From contig CAWHFW010000002.1 of NCBI GenBank assembly GCA_963828735.1, positions 512,001 to 576,000 of the forward strand: a stretch of 64,000 bases of DNA, given 5' to 3'. Within the stretch, counting starts at the first letter, position 1. The number at the start of each line of letters is the position of its first letter. Position numbers and translations under genes: made by a program. The DNA comes from an uncultured Gemmatimonadales bacterium. GTDB taxonomy: Bacteria > Gemmatimonadota > Gemmatimonadetes > Gemmatimonadales > GWC2-71-9. The notes beneath the pieces are model-generated. The model saw only the letters and a list, made by a program, of their open reading frames with translations. It made no database searches and was not told where the DNA came from. This document shows, piece after piece, positions 31,660 to 41,500 of the stretch.

Positions 31660-33624
31660 ATGGAAGGACAGCTCTTCTCGCAGGTTCTCCGGGATTCGAG
31701 AGTGCCCTTTATCGACGCCGACCGCAGCCCGGGTCGGGCCGTGCCGAGCCAGAGTGCCGCCTCACACGGGGTGGTTGCTTCGGTTGCGCTGTGGGCCGTA
31801 CTGCCCTTCTTCGCCCCTCGGATCTATGCCGGCATCGTCATCCTCATCCAGGGCGCCCTGATCGTGGCGCTCGTCCTCACGGCGCGGCGGCAGGCGCGGG
31901 CGCAGCGCGCCCTCGACGAGCGGCTCCGGTTCGAGCGACTCCTCGGCGAGCTCTCCGCCGACTTCGTCAGCGTGCTGCCCGATCGCGTCGACGAGGAGAT
32001 CGGCCGCTGGTTGAGCCGCGTGCTGGAACTCTTCCGGGTGGATCGGGCCGCGCTCGTCCAGTTCTCGTCCCACACCAGTCAGCTCCGCGTCACCCATGTG
32101 TCCGACGACGAGCCGGGCTCCCCGCTTGCCACCTCGTACGAGGTCGATGAACTGCGCGCGTGCGCCGAGGAGATCAGGCAGGGCCGGGTGGTGCGCCTGA
32201 CCCGGCTGGCGGATCTCCCGGCGAAGGGACAGGCGGACCGGGTGACGCTGGCCGCGGCCGGCGTGCGATCGATGCTGGCGGCGCCGCTCTCCGTGGGAGG
32301 CAACACCATCGGGTTCCTGGGGCTCATGATCCGGCGCGGGGAGCGGGCCTGGTCCGACGAAGAGGTGCATCGGCTCCAGCTGGTGAGCGGGGTGTTCGCC
32401 AACGCCCTGGTCCGGCGGAACGGCGACCGGGCCCTCCGCAGCAGCGACGCACTGGGCGGCGCCGTGCTGGCGTCCCTCCCATCCCGGGTCGCGGTGCTGG
32501 ACCGGATCGGCACCATCATCCGGGTGAACGACGCGTGGCTGGACGCGGCGCTGGTGATCGGAGCCGACAAGATCGCGATCGGTGCCAACTACCTCGACGT
32601 GTGTCGCGCCGCGACCCAGCATGAGCCGGCGGCGTGCGAGGTCGTCCAGGGGATCGAGTCCGTCCTGGCCGGCAAGGAGCCCGCCGGCTTCCGGCACGAG
32701 TATGCCTCCTCTTCCCCCGCGGGTGAGCACTGGTACGAGCTGGTGGTCGAACCGCTGCGCCGGCCGCAGGGGGGCGCCGTGGTGACCCTCACCGACTCCA
32801 CGACGCGGAAGCGGGCGGAGGTGGAGGCGCAGATGCACCGCGCCGAGGCGGCCCACGCGTCCCGCGCGGCCACTTTGGGCGAGCTGGCGGCGGGCCTGGC
32901 TCACGAGCTCAACCAGCCGCTGGCCGCGATCCTGACGAACGTGCAGGCGAGCAGGCGGCTGCTCACGAGTCAGCCCCCGCGGATCGAGGTGCTGCGTGAG
33001 ATCCTGGACGACATCGCGGCCGACGACGTGCGGGCCGCAGAGATCATCCGGCGGATGCGCGCGCTGCTCAAGAAGGGCCCGATGGACGTGCAGCCGCTCG
33101 ACCTGAACGAGCTCACCGGCGACGTGCTGCGACTGGTGGCGTCCGACGCGATCCTCCGCCGGGTCCGGGTCCACCCGCAGCTCGAGCCGGATCTCCCCGG
33201 CATCACCGGCGATCGGGTCCAGCTCCAGCAGGTCATCCTCAACCTCGTGGTGAATGGCCTCGAGGCCATGTCCGACACGCTGCCCGCGCGCCGGCATCTC
33301 GTCATCCGGACGGCCCAGCCGGAGGAATCCTGGGTCGAAATCACGGTGCGCGATCATGGTCCCGGCATCTCCGCCGAGGCCCTGAGCCGCATCTACGAGC
33401 CGTTTTTCTCAACCAAGCGGGACGGCCTCGGGATGGGGCTGTCCATCTGCCGGTCCATCGCCGAAGCCCATGGGGGCCGCTTGCAGGCATCCAATCACCC
33501 CGACGGGGGAGCCACGGTGGCATTCGGGCTTCCGGTCGCGGGGATGGGCCGCCGCACAGACTCCGCGGGTCGACAGGAGCGACGTTCCTATGCCAGATAT
33601 GACGCCGACAGTCTTCGTCGTTGA
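31660..33624 (+). CDS. Sensor histidine kinase (TM-GAF-PAS-HisKA-HATPase, FixL/NodV-like)
   Basis: LGELAAGLAHELNQPL H-box; QVILNLVVNG, DHGPG, EPFFSTK and GMGLSI boxes. Confidence 0.94.
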   Translation: MEGQLFSQVLRDSRVPFIDADRSPGRAVPSQSAASHGVVASVALWAVLPFFAPRIYAGIVILIQGALIVALVLTARRQARAQRALDERLRFERLLGELSADFVSVLPDRVDEEIGRWLSRVLELFRVDRAALVQFSSHTSQLRVTHVSDDEPGSPLATSYEVDELRACAEEIRQGRVVRLTRLADLPAKGQADRVTLAAAGVRSMLAAPLSVGGNTIGFLGLMIRRGERAWSDEEVHRLQLVSGVFANALVRRNGDRALRSSDALGGAVLASLPSRVAVLDRIGTIIRVNDAWLDAALVIGADKIAIGANYLDVCRAATQHEPAACEVVQGIESVLAGKEPAGFRHEYASSSPAGEHWYELVVEPLRRPQGGAVVTLTDSTTRKRAEVEAQMHRAEAAHASRAATLGELAAGLAHELNQPLAAILTNVQASRRLLTSQPPRIEVLREILDDIAADDVRAAEIIRRMRALLKKGPMDVQPLDLNELTGDVLRLVASDAILRRVRVHPQLEPDLPGITGDRVQLQQVILNLVVNGLEAMSDTLPARRHLVIRTAQPEESWVEITVRDHGPGISAEALSRIYEPFFSTKRDGLGMGLSICRSIAEAHGGRLQASNHPDGGATVAFGLPVAGMGRRTDSAGRQERRSYARYDADSLRR

Positions 33625-34294
33625 CGACGACGCCTCGTTCTGCCGAGCCGTCGAGCGGTTACTGAACAGCTTCGGCCACCGGGTGGAGACATTCGCCTCC
33701 CCGACCGAGTTCGTGAACCGCCTGCGCCCCGAAGAGCCGGGCTGCGTGCTGCTCGACATGCGGATGCCCGAGCTCCCGGGGCTCGAGGTGCAGCGGCTGG
33801 TCACTGCATCAGGCTTCGCGATGCCGATCATCTTCGTGAGCGGCAGCGCCGACGTCGAAAGTTGCGTCTGGGCCATGCGTGGCGGGGCCGCGGACATTCT
33901 CCTCAAACCCTTCCAGGAGGAGGAGCTGCTCGGCGCCGTCGGACGGGCCCTGGCCAAGGACGTGGAGCGGCGCCGGGAAATCGGCGCGCTGCGTGAGCTG
34001 CGCGGCCGGCTGGCCTCGCTCACACCGCGGGAGCTCGAGGTCTTCCGGCTCGTGGCAAAGGGGATGCTCAACAAACAGATTGCCGTGGTCCTCGGCACCA
34101 AGGAAGGCACCGTGAAGATGCACCGGGGCCACGTGATGCGAAAACTCCAGCTCGGGTCCGTCGCGGAGCTGGTGAATCTGGCCGACCGTTTGAGCCTGGA
34201 CGACCCCTGCCCTGCGCTCCACGCACGGGCCGGCCGGTTCCGGATCGAGACCGGCGCGGGCCGGATGGCCGTCGGCGCGGGCGCCGGCGCCTGA
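33590..34294 (+). CDS. FixJ/LuxR-family DNA-binding response regulator
   Basis: VFVVDDD, LLDMRMP and KPF receiver motifs; LTPRELEV...NKQIA...TVKMHRGHVMRKL HTH; AGGAG RBS. Confidence 0.94.
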   Translation: MPDMTPTVFVVDDDASFCRAVERLLNSFGHRVETFASPTEFVNRLRPEEPGCVLLDMRMPELPGLEVQRLVTASGFAMPIIFVSGSADVESCVWAMRGGAADILLKPFQEEELLGAVGRALAKDVERRREIGALRELRGRLASLTPRELEVFRLVAKGMLNKQIAVVLGTKEGTVKMHRGHVMRKLQLGSVAELVNLADRLSLDDPCPALHARAGRFRIETGAGRMAVGAGAGA

Positions 34295-34317
34295 GCTCGC
34301 CCGACTCCGCCCGGCAC

Positions 34318-34331
34318 TCCACCAAGGTCCA
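34318..34331 (+). promoter_or_regulatory. Regulon box 4 (single-domain receiver)
   Basis: TCCACCAAGGTCCA, 24 nt, TACGTT. Confidence 0.75.
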
Positions 34332-34417
34332 CTGTCTCGCCGGGAGACGCGGTCCTACGTTGCGCCCAGTAGGTACGGCACGCCGTGCTATCGTCTTAGC
34401 TCTCACACAGCGAGCGT

Positions 34418-34855
34418 ATGGGCGCTCCCGGCCGGAAAACGCCGCAACCGCCTGGCGGTGGCGCATCAGGGTCGCCGGTCGTGGCGGTCATCGAGGATGA
34501 TCCCTCGTTCCGTCGAGCGCTGAGCCGATCCCTGAGCCTCCGCGGGTTCCGCACGGACGTGTTCGCCTCGGCCGAGGAGTTCCTGCGGCACCAGGGGGCT
34601 GAGCACGCCGACTGCATCGTGCTCGACATTCACCTGGGCGGGATGAGCGGCTTTGAACTGCAGGCCGAGCTCGCGAGTCGGCCGTCGGCGCCGCCGATCA
34701 TCTTCATCACCGCGTTCGACGATCCCGCCACGCGCCAGCGAGCCCACGAGGCCGGGGCCGCCGCCTACCTCCAGAAGCCCTTCGACGACAAGTCCTTGAT
34801 CGACGCCATCGACCGGGCGGCCCGCCTGCCACGCGGGGGTCGCGGCGGCTCCTAG
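34418..34855 (+). CDS. Single-domain response regulator (FixT/CheY-like receiver)
   Basis: VIEDD, VLDIHLGGMSG, FITAFD and YLQKPF motifs; no output domain. Confidence 0.9.
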   Translation: MGAPGRKTPQPPGGGASGSPVVAVIEDDPSFRRALSRSLSLRGFRTDVFASAEEFLRHQGAEHADCIVLDIHLGGMSGFELQAELASRPSAPPIIFITAFDDPATRQRAHEAGAAAYLQKPFDDKSLIDAIDRAARLPRGGRGGS

Positions 34856-34866
34856 CCGAAAGTTCA
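34853..34866 (+). promoter_or_regulatory. Regulon box 5 (FadL-like OMP)
   Basis: TAGCCGAAAGTTCA, 25 nt, TATGTT; 17 of 18 nt identical to box 1 including the following GTAT. Confidence 0.75.
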
Positions 34867-34925
34867 GTATCACCGGTCCGTCGGCGGTCGGTATGTTCGC
34901 CGCCCAACCGAGAGAGCCGGCTGCC

Positions 34926-36296
34926 ATGAGACGCGCCATTGTTGCCTGCTGTGCACTGCTCGTCGCTGGAACCCGGCTTGCCGCCGGACAGACCGGCGAC
35001 TTCGTCCTTCCCGCCGGGAGCGCCCTGCCCAACTACGATCGGGTGAGCATCGGCCAGCGCGAGGGGATCGAGGCCAACGCCTTCGTCGCGCGGACCGACG
35101 ATGCGGGCGCGAACTGGTACAATCCGGCGGGGCTCGCGCAGAGTGAGAAGAGCGCCGTCAACGCCAGCGCCAATGCGTACGAGTTCACCGGCTTCGCCCT
35201 CGAGGGCGCGGACTTCAAGCGGGGCGGAAAGCGGCTCAGCACGATCGGCTCGTACGTCGGAGGCGTCCTCGGCGACCCGATCATTCACTCGCGCAATTGG
35301 CGACTGGGATTTTCGGTCACCAAGCCGGTCTCCTGGACGCCGAGCCGAGTGGAGGGCCAAATCCCCCTCACCGGGGTTACTGGCGACGAGTCCTTTCTCT
35401 ACTCCTCGTACGTCTCGCTCAGCACGGTTATCCCGGCCCTCAACGTGGGCTATCGGCTCGGAGATCGGCTCCGGCTGGGCGTCGGTCTGGGATGGGCCCA
35501 TACATCGCTGTACCAGAACACGTCGCTCTCCGATCGACTCCTGACTCCCACCGCCGCGTCGACGGCCCTGCACAGCGTCGAGACGGACGGCAGCACGGAC
35601 GGCCTGCTCGTGAGCGCGGGCGTCCAGGCAGACGTGGGCTCGGGCATCAGCTTCGGCGCCCTGGTGACGGCGCCGGGCGTTCGGATCGGCGGCAGCAGTC
35701 GGGTCACCTATCAGGCTACCGCGTTCTCCGGGGCCGTGTCCCGCGACCTCGCGTTTCGCGACGACCAGACCGAGTTCGACTACCGGCTTCCGTTGGCGGC
35801 GACGCTCGGCGCGGCGATCCGGTTCGGCAAGGCCGAGGTCGAGTTCGATCTCAGGTATCACGGCACGCGCGATCGGTACGTGCTCTACTCCAGCGCCATC
35901 CCGGCGGCGCTCGTTACCACTGATGCGGCTGGGGTGCCGACCCAGAGCACGCTGGCCTTCGCGGACGTCACCGAGGAGACCAAGGCCGTCTACAACCTGG
36001 CGATCGGCGGCCACTATTCATTCTCGCCGGGTTTCCGGGTCCACGCCGGATTCTTCACCGACGACAGCCCGGTGGGCAGCCCGGAGACCTCGATCTTCCG
36101 CGAGCTGAATCTGGTGGGGTTCTCCGGGGGCACCTCGTTCGGGGCCGGACGCCTCACCGCCTCGGTGGGCATCTCCGGCTCCCACGGCACAAGCGATCAG
36201 CGCATGATCGGACCGTCCCTGGGCGGCGCGACCGGCAGTACCAAGGTGACGGTGACGACGTACAACCTGCTGTACGCCGTCTCGTACGCCTTCTGA
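34926..36296 (+). CDS. Outer-membrane beta-barrel, FadL/OmpP1-like
   Basis: Signal peptide; NAFVARTDDAGANWYNPAGLA hatch motif; terminal YAF. Confidence 0.75.
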   Translation: MRRAIVACCALLVAGTRLAAGQTGDFVLPAGSALPNYDRVSIGQREGIEANAFVARTDDAGANWYNPAGLAQSEKSAVNASANAYEFTGFALEGADFKRGGKRLSTIGSYVGGVLGDPIIHSRNWRLGFSVTKPVSWTPSRVEGQIPLTGVTGDESFLYSSYVSLSTVIPALNVGYRLGDRLRLGVGLGWAHTSLYQNTSLSDRLLTPTAASTALHSVETDGSTDGLLVSAGVQADVGSGISFGALVTAPGVRIGGSSRVTYQATAFSGAVSRDLAFRDDQTEFDYRLPLAATLGAAIRFGKAEVEFDLRYHGTRDRYVLYSSAIPAALVTTDAAGVPTQSTLAFADVTEETKAVYNLAIGGHYSFSPGFRVHAGFFTDDSPVGSPETSIFRELNLVGFSGGTSFGAGRLTASVGISGSHGTSDQRMIGPSLGGATGSTKVTVTTYNLLYAVSYAF

Positions 36297-36307
36297 GTCG
36301 TCGAACC

Positions 36308-36702
36308 TCAGCCCGTCAGGGGCTGGGCCCGAGGCGCCGGGTTCCCTTCCGCCCTCGCACCTGCCTGCTCGAGCTCGGCGAGCTCCTTGATGTCCTTCTC
36401 GAGGAAATAGTTCAGGAAGGTTCGGATCACCGCGATCACGGCGAGCTGCCCGATGTCGTTCCAGCTCGGCGAGATCGCCGTGCGCACAATGTCGGCGGCC
36501 AGCTCGAACTCGAGCGCAAGGACCAGCCACCGAGCGAAGTGGACCTAGACGAGCCGCTTCCGACCCAGCGTCTGGGCCGGCTGGGGCTTGAACATTTGCA
36601 CGAGGGCTTGCAGGGCACCGACCGCGATCAGGATCGCCGCGGCCGTTTCGACGCCAGCGCGATCCACCCGGCGATGGCCCGAAAGACCTCCTCCAGGGGC
36701 AA
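36308..36702 (-). pseudogene. DUF1622-family membrane protein pseudogene
   Basis: [43 protein letters not shown] motif; a 1-nt frameshift near 36655 and an in-frame TAG at 36547-36545. Confidence 0.85.
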
Positions 36703-36704
36703 CG

Positions 36705-36959
36705 TTACATCGAGTCCCGCCGCACGGCGCTGTCGGCGGGCGAGTGCAGCGAGTCCATCTGCATGCTCATCGAATCGCGCATGGCGGCGGTGTCGGAGAG
36801 GCCGCCGCCAGCATGGGCGCTCGCGCTGTCTTCACCGGCTCCCTTGCTGACGGTCGGAGTGTAGGAGGGAGTTACATCTTCCGGCTTGGGGTTGGAGCAG
36901 CTTCCCGTAAGGAAGAGCGCCCCGGCGGCTGCCGGTGCCGCCAGCACGTACCAGCGCAT
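36705..36959 (-). CDS. Small lipoprotein with a low-complexity Ser/Asp/Met tail
   Basis: MRWYVLAAPAAAGALFLTGSC lipobox; GGAAGG upstream. Confidence 0.6.
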   Translation of the reverse strand: MRWYVLAAPAAAGALFLTGSCSNPKPEDVTPSYTPTVSKGAGEDSASAHAGGGLSDTAAMRDSMSMQMDSLHSPADSAVRRDSM

Positions 36960-36987
36960 ATAGCCTTCCACGTGCGGGGTTGGCGTT

Positions 36988-37584
36988 CTACTTGGTGAGC
37001 ACGTGCTGCTTCTGCATTTCCTGGACGTTCGCCGTGATGACCTCGTCCACCAGGCTGGCGACCGACGTCGGGTTCATCGTCTCGCTGCGACTGGCCCAGA
37101 TCAGCTTGGCGTCCGCCACCGAGTAGACGTTCGTATTGAAGTTCACGTACTGGTCTTCACGGACGTAGCCCGGGTCGTACGTTGAGCTCCAGCCGTAGGC
37201 CCAGCCACCCCACATGTTGCCGTAGGCCGCGGGCACCGCGTAGGCTTGGCCCGGCACGTAGGTCGCCGTGCGATCCACATTGACGAGGAACATCACCACG
37301 GCGCCGTCGAACCCCGCGTCACGGACCTTCGCCTTGGCCGCCTCGCGGTCCTTCAGCTCGTCGTCCGAGATGAGCGTGTACGAGGGCGTGGAGCCCTTGA
37401 TCCGCTTCGCCAGCCCGTCTTCGACCGTCCGGCGCATGGCGGCATCGCGGCACATGCACGCGGCCAGCACCTTCTTGAACTCGACGGAGCTGGCGGCCGG
37501 ATCTTTCCAGCTGTTCACGACCTGAGTAGTGGGCGCGCAGGCCGCCAGCAGGGCGGCCATCACGAAACCCGGGAACAACCGCAT
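36988..37584 (-). CDS. Lipoprotein (DUF4136-like fold suspected)
   Basis: LLAAC lipobox; RRTVED...GFDGAVV...TNVYSVADAKLIW; AAGGAG RBS. Confidence 0.75.
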   Translation of the reverse strand: MRLFPGFVMAALLAACAPTTQVVNSWKDPAASSVEFKKVLAACMCRDAAMRRTVEDGLAKRIKGSTPSYTLISDDELKDREAAKAKVRDAGFDGAVVMFLVNVDRTATYVPGQAYAVPAAYGNMWGGWAYGWSSTYDPGYVREDQYVNFNTNVYSVADAKLIWASRSETMNPTSVASLVDEVITANVQEMQKQHVLTK

Positions 37585-37639
37585 AGCCAGCTCCTTGAGG
37601 CGATCCTCTAGCATCGGCCGACCCGGCCCCATCGACCAG

Positions 37640-37653
37640 TAGACCTTGGTCCA
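37640..37653 (-). promoter_or_regulatory. Regulon box 6 (lipoprotein unit)
   Basis: Minus TGGACCAAGGTCTA, 24 nt, GATGCT. Confidence 0.78.
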
Positions 37654-37798
37654 GCCGGGTCACCGGCGCGTTGCCCGGCCGCCAACAGCCACACCGCGCC
37701 CGGTTGCAGATAGAACCGCGACGCCTGGGCCGGACGCGTGAGCTGCGGCTGGGTGCCACTGGTGCGAAAGCGCCTCCCCGTGACCGCCCTTTCCGCTC

Positions 37799-38587
37799 TT
37801 AGAACCGAATCTCAAGGCCGAGCGCCGGCCCGGTCATGTAGACGTCGTCGACGAAGCCGTCGCTCTCGTAATCCACGTCGAGGTGGCGGTACGCGGCGAG
37901 CACGGCACAGCAGTGCCCGAGGTCATAGCCCCCGCCGCCCATGGCCTGCCAGGTAAACTTGGACCCGCCGCCACCGACGTCCCCCTTGGCCACGAGGTGC
38001 CACTTGGGGCCCGGGCTGTAGCGGAGCCGAGCGCCGACCGTTCCGTCCACCCAGGCCTTGCTGCCGGAGCGGCTCGGGTCCTGGTGTGTCACGCCGACGT
38101 CGACGCTCAGGTGCCAGTAGCGCACGCCCACCAGCCCATCCAGCCCGCCCCACGGCCGGACGAGGAGCGTATAGCCCACCTGCGGCTGGGCGATGACCTG
38201 GTCCAGTGACGTGGTGATACTGTCGGCGCTGCCTTCGGCCACAGGCACGTCATCGTTCAGGTTGAAAAACTGGAAGTCGAGTGCGCCGATCCACCGCGCG
38301 TACCGAGCCTCGAGCACGGCCGAGAAACCGATCTGGACCTCCTGGACGATGTCGCCGAAGCTCAGGTCCACCTCCGACACGCTCCCACCGACTCCGACCT
38401 GGCCCTTCTGACTTGCCGCCCAGAGGTAGGGGGTGAACGAGAACCGCCAGAACGCGGAATCGGCCGGCGCCACGGTGGAGGCGTCTGGAACGACCTGGCC
38501 GGACGCCGGGCCGGCAACGACAGCGCAGAGGACGGTCGCAAGCCCGCCTGCCCACCGCCACCATCTGGATGCTCGGGGCGTCGTCAT
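37799..38587 (-). CDS. Outer-membrane beta-barrel, unknown function
   Basis: Signal peptide; WRFSFTPYLW; alternating beta-strand pattern; terminal LEIRF. Confidence 0.75.
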   Translation of the reverse strand: MTTPRASRWWRWAGGLATVLCAVVAGPASGQVVPDASTVAPADSAFWRFSFTPYLWAASQKGQVGVGGSVSEVDLSFGDIVQEVQIGFSAVLEARYARWIGALDFQFFNLNDDVPVAEGSADSITTSLDQVIAQPQVGYTLLVRPWGGLDGLVGVRYWHLSVDVGVTHQDPSRSGSKAWVDGTVGARLRYSPGPKWHLVAKGDVGGGGSKFTWQAMGGGGYDLGHCCAVLAAYRHLDVDYESDGFVDDVYMTGPALGLEIRF

Positions 38588-38606
38588 GGAGAAGCGGCAG
38601 GATGGC

Positions 38607-41360
38607 TCACGCGCCGCTCAGTGCCTCACGCCCGGCGGCATCGTGGATGCGCGCCAGGCGGTCGAACGCCGACCCGCTGTCCTGAAGGAACCGCTCGGCG
38701 GAGCCGGCGCCGAACAGGCAGATGAGCGCCGAGACGAGCCCGGTCCATCCCGTCTGATGGCTGGCGCCGATACCGGCGCCGTCGTCCCCGTGGAAGTACT
38801 CGTAGAACAGAATCAGATCCCGCCAGTGCGGATCCTCCTGGAACTTCGCCGTAGCGCCGTACACGGGGCGGCGGCCCTTCGCGTCGCGAAGGAAGATCCG
38901 CTCGAGCCGCGTTGCGAGGTCGCGGGCGGCCTCGAACAGCGTGAGGCGAGTACCGGACCCGGTGGGAAGCTCGACGGTGAACTCGTCGCCGTAGAAGCTG
39001 TAGAGCTGCAGCAGCGCCCGAATGAGCAGCAGGTTCACCGGCATCCAGATGGGGCCGCGCCAATTCGAGTTGCCTCCGAACAGTCCCGAGTCCGACTCGG
39101 CCGGAGTGTACGGGACCCGGTACTCCTCGCCGCCGGCGCGGAAGACGTAGGGGTGCTCGAGGTGATAGCGGCTCAGCGCCCGAATGCCGTAGTCCCCCAG
39201 GAACTCGTCCGGGTCGAGCATCCGGGCCACCACACGGCGGATCTTGCCTTCGTCGAGCACCGAGAGCATGCGGCGCGCGTGCACACCGGCGCGGTCGGGC
39301 GGGTTGATGTTCCGGAGCAGCGTGGGATGCCGCTGGTTGAAATCGCACGCGCGGTCGAAGAACATCGGGAGCCGGGTCAGGACCACCTCGGGATAGACGG
39401 TGATGGCGCAGAGGGGGAGCAGCCCGACCATGGAGCGCACCTTGAGCCGTTGGGCCGAGCCGTCGGGAAGCCGGAGGACGTCGTAGTAGAAGCCGTCGGC
39501 GTCGTCCCACATGGTCTGTCCGTCGCCGATCCGATCCATGGCCGACGCGATCCACACGAAGTGCTCGTAGAACTTGACCGCCAGCTCCTCGTAGGCTGGG
39601 TCGTGCAGCGCCAGCTCGAGCGCCATCTCGAGCATGTTCTGGGAGAAGAGCGCCATCCACGCGGTCCCGTCCGCCTGCTCGAGGTGGCCGCCGGTGGGGA
39701 GCGGCGCGCTCCGGTCGAACACCCCGATGTTGTCGAGCCCCAGAAACCCGCCCTCGAAGACGTTCCGGCCGTCGCGGTCCTTCCGGTTGACCCACCACGT
39801 GAAGTTGAGCAGGAGCTTGTGGAACGAGCGCTGGAGGCTCGGCAGGGCGCGCTCGCCGAAGCGGCTCCGTTGCAGGCGGTAGTTGAACAGCGTGGCCCAC
39901 GCATGCACCGGCGGGTTCACGTCGCTGAAGTTCCACTCGTACGCTGGGATCTGCCCGTTCGGATGGGCGTAGCGCGCCCCCAGCATGAGCTCGAGCTGCT
40001 GCATGGCGAAGTCGGGGTCCACCACGGCCAGCGTGATCGCGTGAAAGGCCAGGTCCCAGGCGGCGTACCAGGGGTACTCCCACTTGTCCGGCATGGAGAT
40101 CACGTCGCTGTTGTACATGTGGTACCAGTCGCGGTTCCGGACGTTGCCCTCCTTGCCGCCGGCCGGGTCCACGCCGTGCTCCTCGAGCCAGGGGCCGAGG
40201 TCATAGAGGTACGCCTGCCGGCTCCACAGCATGCCGGCGAATCCCTGCCGCATGACGGCCGCCGCGTCCCCGGTGACCGTCTCCGGGGTGAGCGCGGCGT
40301 AGAACTCGTCGGCCTCGCGCACGCGGGCCGCGAAGGTCTCGTCGAAGGCCTCGAATGCGTCCTCCCGCGACGAGGGGGGCGTCTCGGTCAGGAGGAGCCG
40401 GACCACCTGCGTCTCGCCCGGACCGACCATGAGGGCGTAATGCGCCGCCGACTTGGTCCCCTTCCCCGACGGATCGACCGCTCCGGTGTCGCCCTTCACG
40501 ATGTAGTCGTTGATCCCGTCCTTGACGAAGGGACTCGTGTTGGGACGGCTGGAGAGCCGCGTGAGGTTGGTCTCATTCGCGGTGAACAGAAGCTCGCCCG
40601 CGTTCTCGCAGACGAGGTAGCGGGTGCCGACGTCGGGATGCTGGGCGACGATCGTCTTGGTGCCACGCCGGGTGGGCCCCCGCTCGAGGGACGGCTTCGG
40701 CGCTTCCGGCGAGTGCCACCAGGTGTTTCGGAACCAGAGGTGCGGCAGCACCCGCAGCTCCGCAGCCTCCGGCCCGCGGTTCACGACGCTGATCCGGACC
40801 AGGATCTCCTCAGGCGTGGCCTTGGCGTACTCGACGAACACGTCGAAGTACCGGTCGGCGTCGAACATGCCCGTATCGATCAGCTCGTACTCGGGCTCCG
40901 AGCGGCTGCGGGTCGCGCTGACGTGGACCAGTTCGGCGTATGGGAAGGCGGCCTGGGGGTACTTGTACAGCAGCTTGAGGTACGAGCTCGTGGGCGTCGC
41001 ATCGAGGTAGAAGTAGTACTCTTTCACGTCCTCGCCGTGGTTCCCCTCCGCGTTGGTGAGGCCGAAGAGCCGTTCCTTGATAATCCCGTCCCGGCCGTTC
41101 CACACGGCGACCGCGAAGCAGAGCCGCATCTGGTCGTCACAGAAGCCGGCGATGCCGTCCTCGCCCCAGCGATAGACGCGGGAGCGGGCCTGGTCGTGGG
41201 GAAAGCTGTTCCAGGCGTCGCCGTTCGCGCTGTAGTCCTCGCGAACGGTGCCCCATTGACGCTCGCTGAGGTAGGGCCCCCATGTCCGCCACGGGACGCC
41301 GTCCTCGCGGGCCTGACGCAGGCGCTCCTGCTCATGAGCGACGGGACTCTGATCCACCAC
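38607..41360 (-). CDS. GH63-like (MGH1-like) glycoside hydrolase
   Basis: WGPYLSERQWGTVREDYS, SMPDKWEYPWYAAWD and FYEYFHGD..GIGASHQTGWT motifs; 917 aa. Confidence 0.9.
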   Translation of the reverse strand: MVDQSPVAHEQERLRQAREDGVPWRTWGPYLSERQWGTVREDYSANGDAWNSFPHDQARSRVYRWGEDGIAGFCDDQMRLCFAVAVWNGRDGIIKERLFGLTNAEGNHGEDVKEYYFYLDATPTSSYLKLLYKYPQAAFPYAELVHVSATRSRSEPEYELIDTGMFDADRYFDVFVEYAKATPEEILVRISVVNRGPEAAELRVLPHLWFRNTWWHSPEAPKPSLERGPTRRGTKTIVAQHPDVGTRYLVCENAGELLFTANETNLTRLSSRPNTSPFVKDGINDYIVKGDTGAVDPSGKGTKSAAHYALMVGPGETQVVRLLLTETPPSSREDAFEAFDETFAARVREADEFYAALTPETVTGDAAAVMRQGFAGMLWSRQAYLYDLGPWLEEHGVDPAGGKEGNVRNRDWYHMYNSDVISMPDKWEYPWYAAWDLAFHAITLAVVDPDFAMQQLELMLGARYAHPNGQIPAYEWNFSDVNPPVHAWATLFNYRLQRSRFGERALPSLQRSFHKLLLNFTWWVNRKDRDGRNVFEGGFLGLDNIGVFDRSAPLPTGGHLEQADGTAWMALFSQNMLEMALELALHDPAYEELAVKFYEHFVWIASAMDRIGDGQTMWDDADGFYYDVLRLPDGSAQRLKVRSMVGLLPLCAITVYPEVVLTRLPMFFDRACDFNQRHPTLLRNINPPDRAGVHARRMLSVLDEGKIRRVVARMLDPDEFLGDYGIRALSRYHLEHPYVFRAGGEEYRVPYTPAESDSGLFGGNSNWRGPIWMPVNLLLIRALLQLYSFYGDEFTVELPTGSGTRLTLFEAARDLATRLERIFLRDAKGRRPVYGATAKFQEDPHWRDLILFYEYFHGDDGAGIGASHQTGWTGLVSALICLFGAGSAERFLQDSGSAFDRLARIHDAAGREALSGA

Positions 41361-41454
41361 GACGTTCCTCCGTCATGCTCCCGCGCACGGAGTCGCCGGG
41401 GCAAGGTCTCCGCTCCGCTGCCGCTCGCGACCGCCGACAGATAGTGCCGGCGTC

Positions 41455-41472
41455 ATGTCCGATATCGGACAT
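41455..41472. promoter_or_regulatory. Perfect 18-bp palindrome upstream of the GH63 gene
   Basis: ATGTCCGATATCGGACAT equals its own reverse complement. Confidence 0.55.
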
Positions 41473-41500
41473 CGGGACCTCCGGACAGCAGCAATCCTGG

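Noticed and set aside
36545..36547. In-frame TAG read as pyrrolysine or recoding
   Set aside because: The same gene also has a frameshift, TAG ends many genes in this window, and no pyl genes are seen
38433..41444. 1003-aa plus-strand ORF
   Set aside because: Mirror of the GH63 gene on the minus strand; no family motifs
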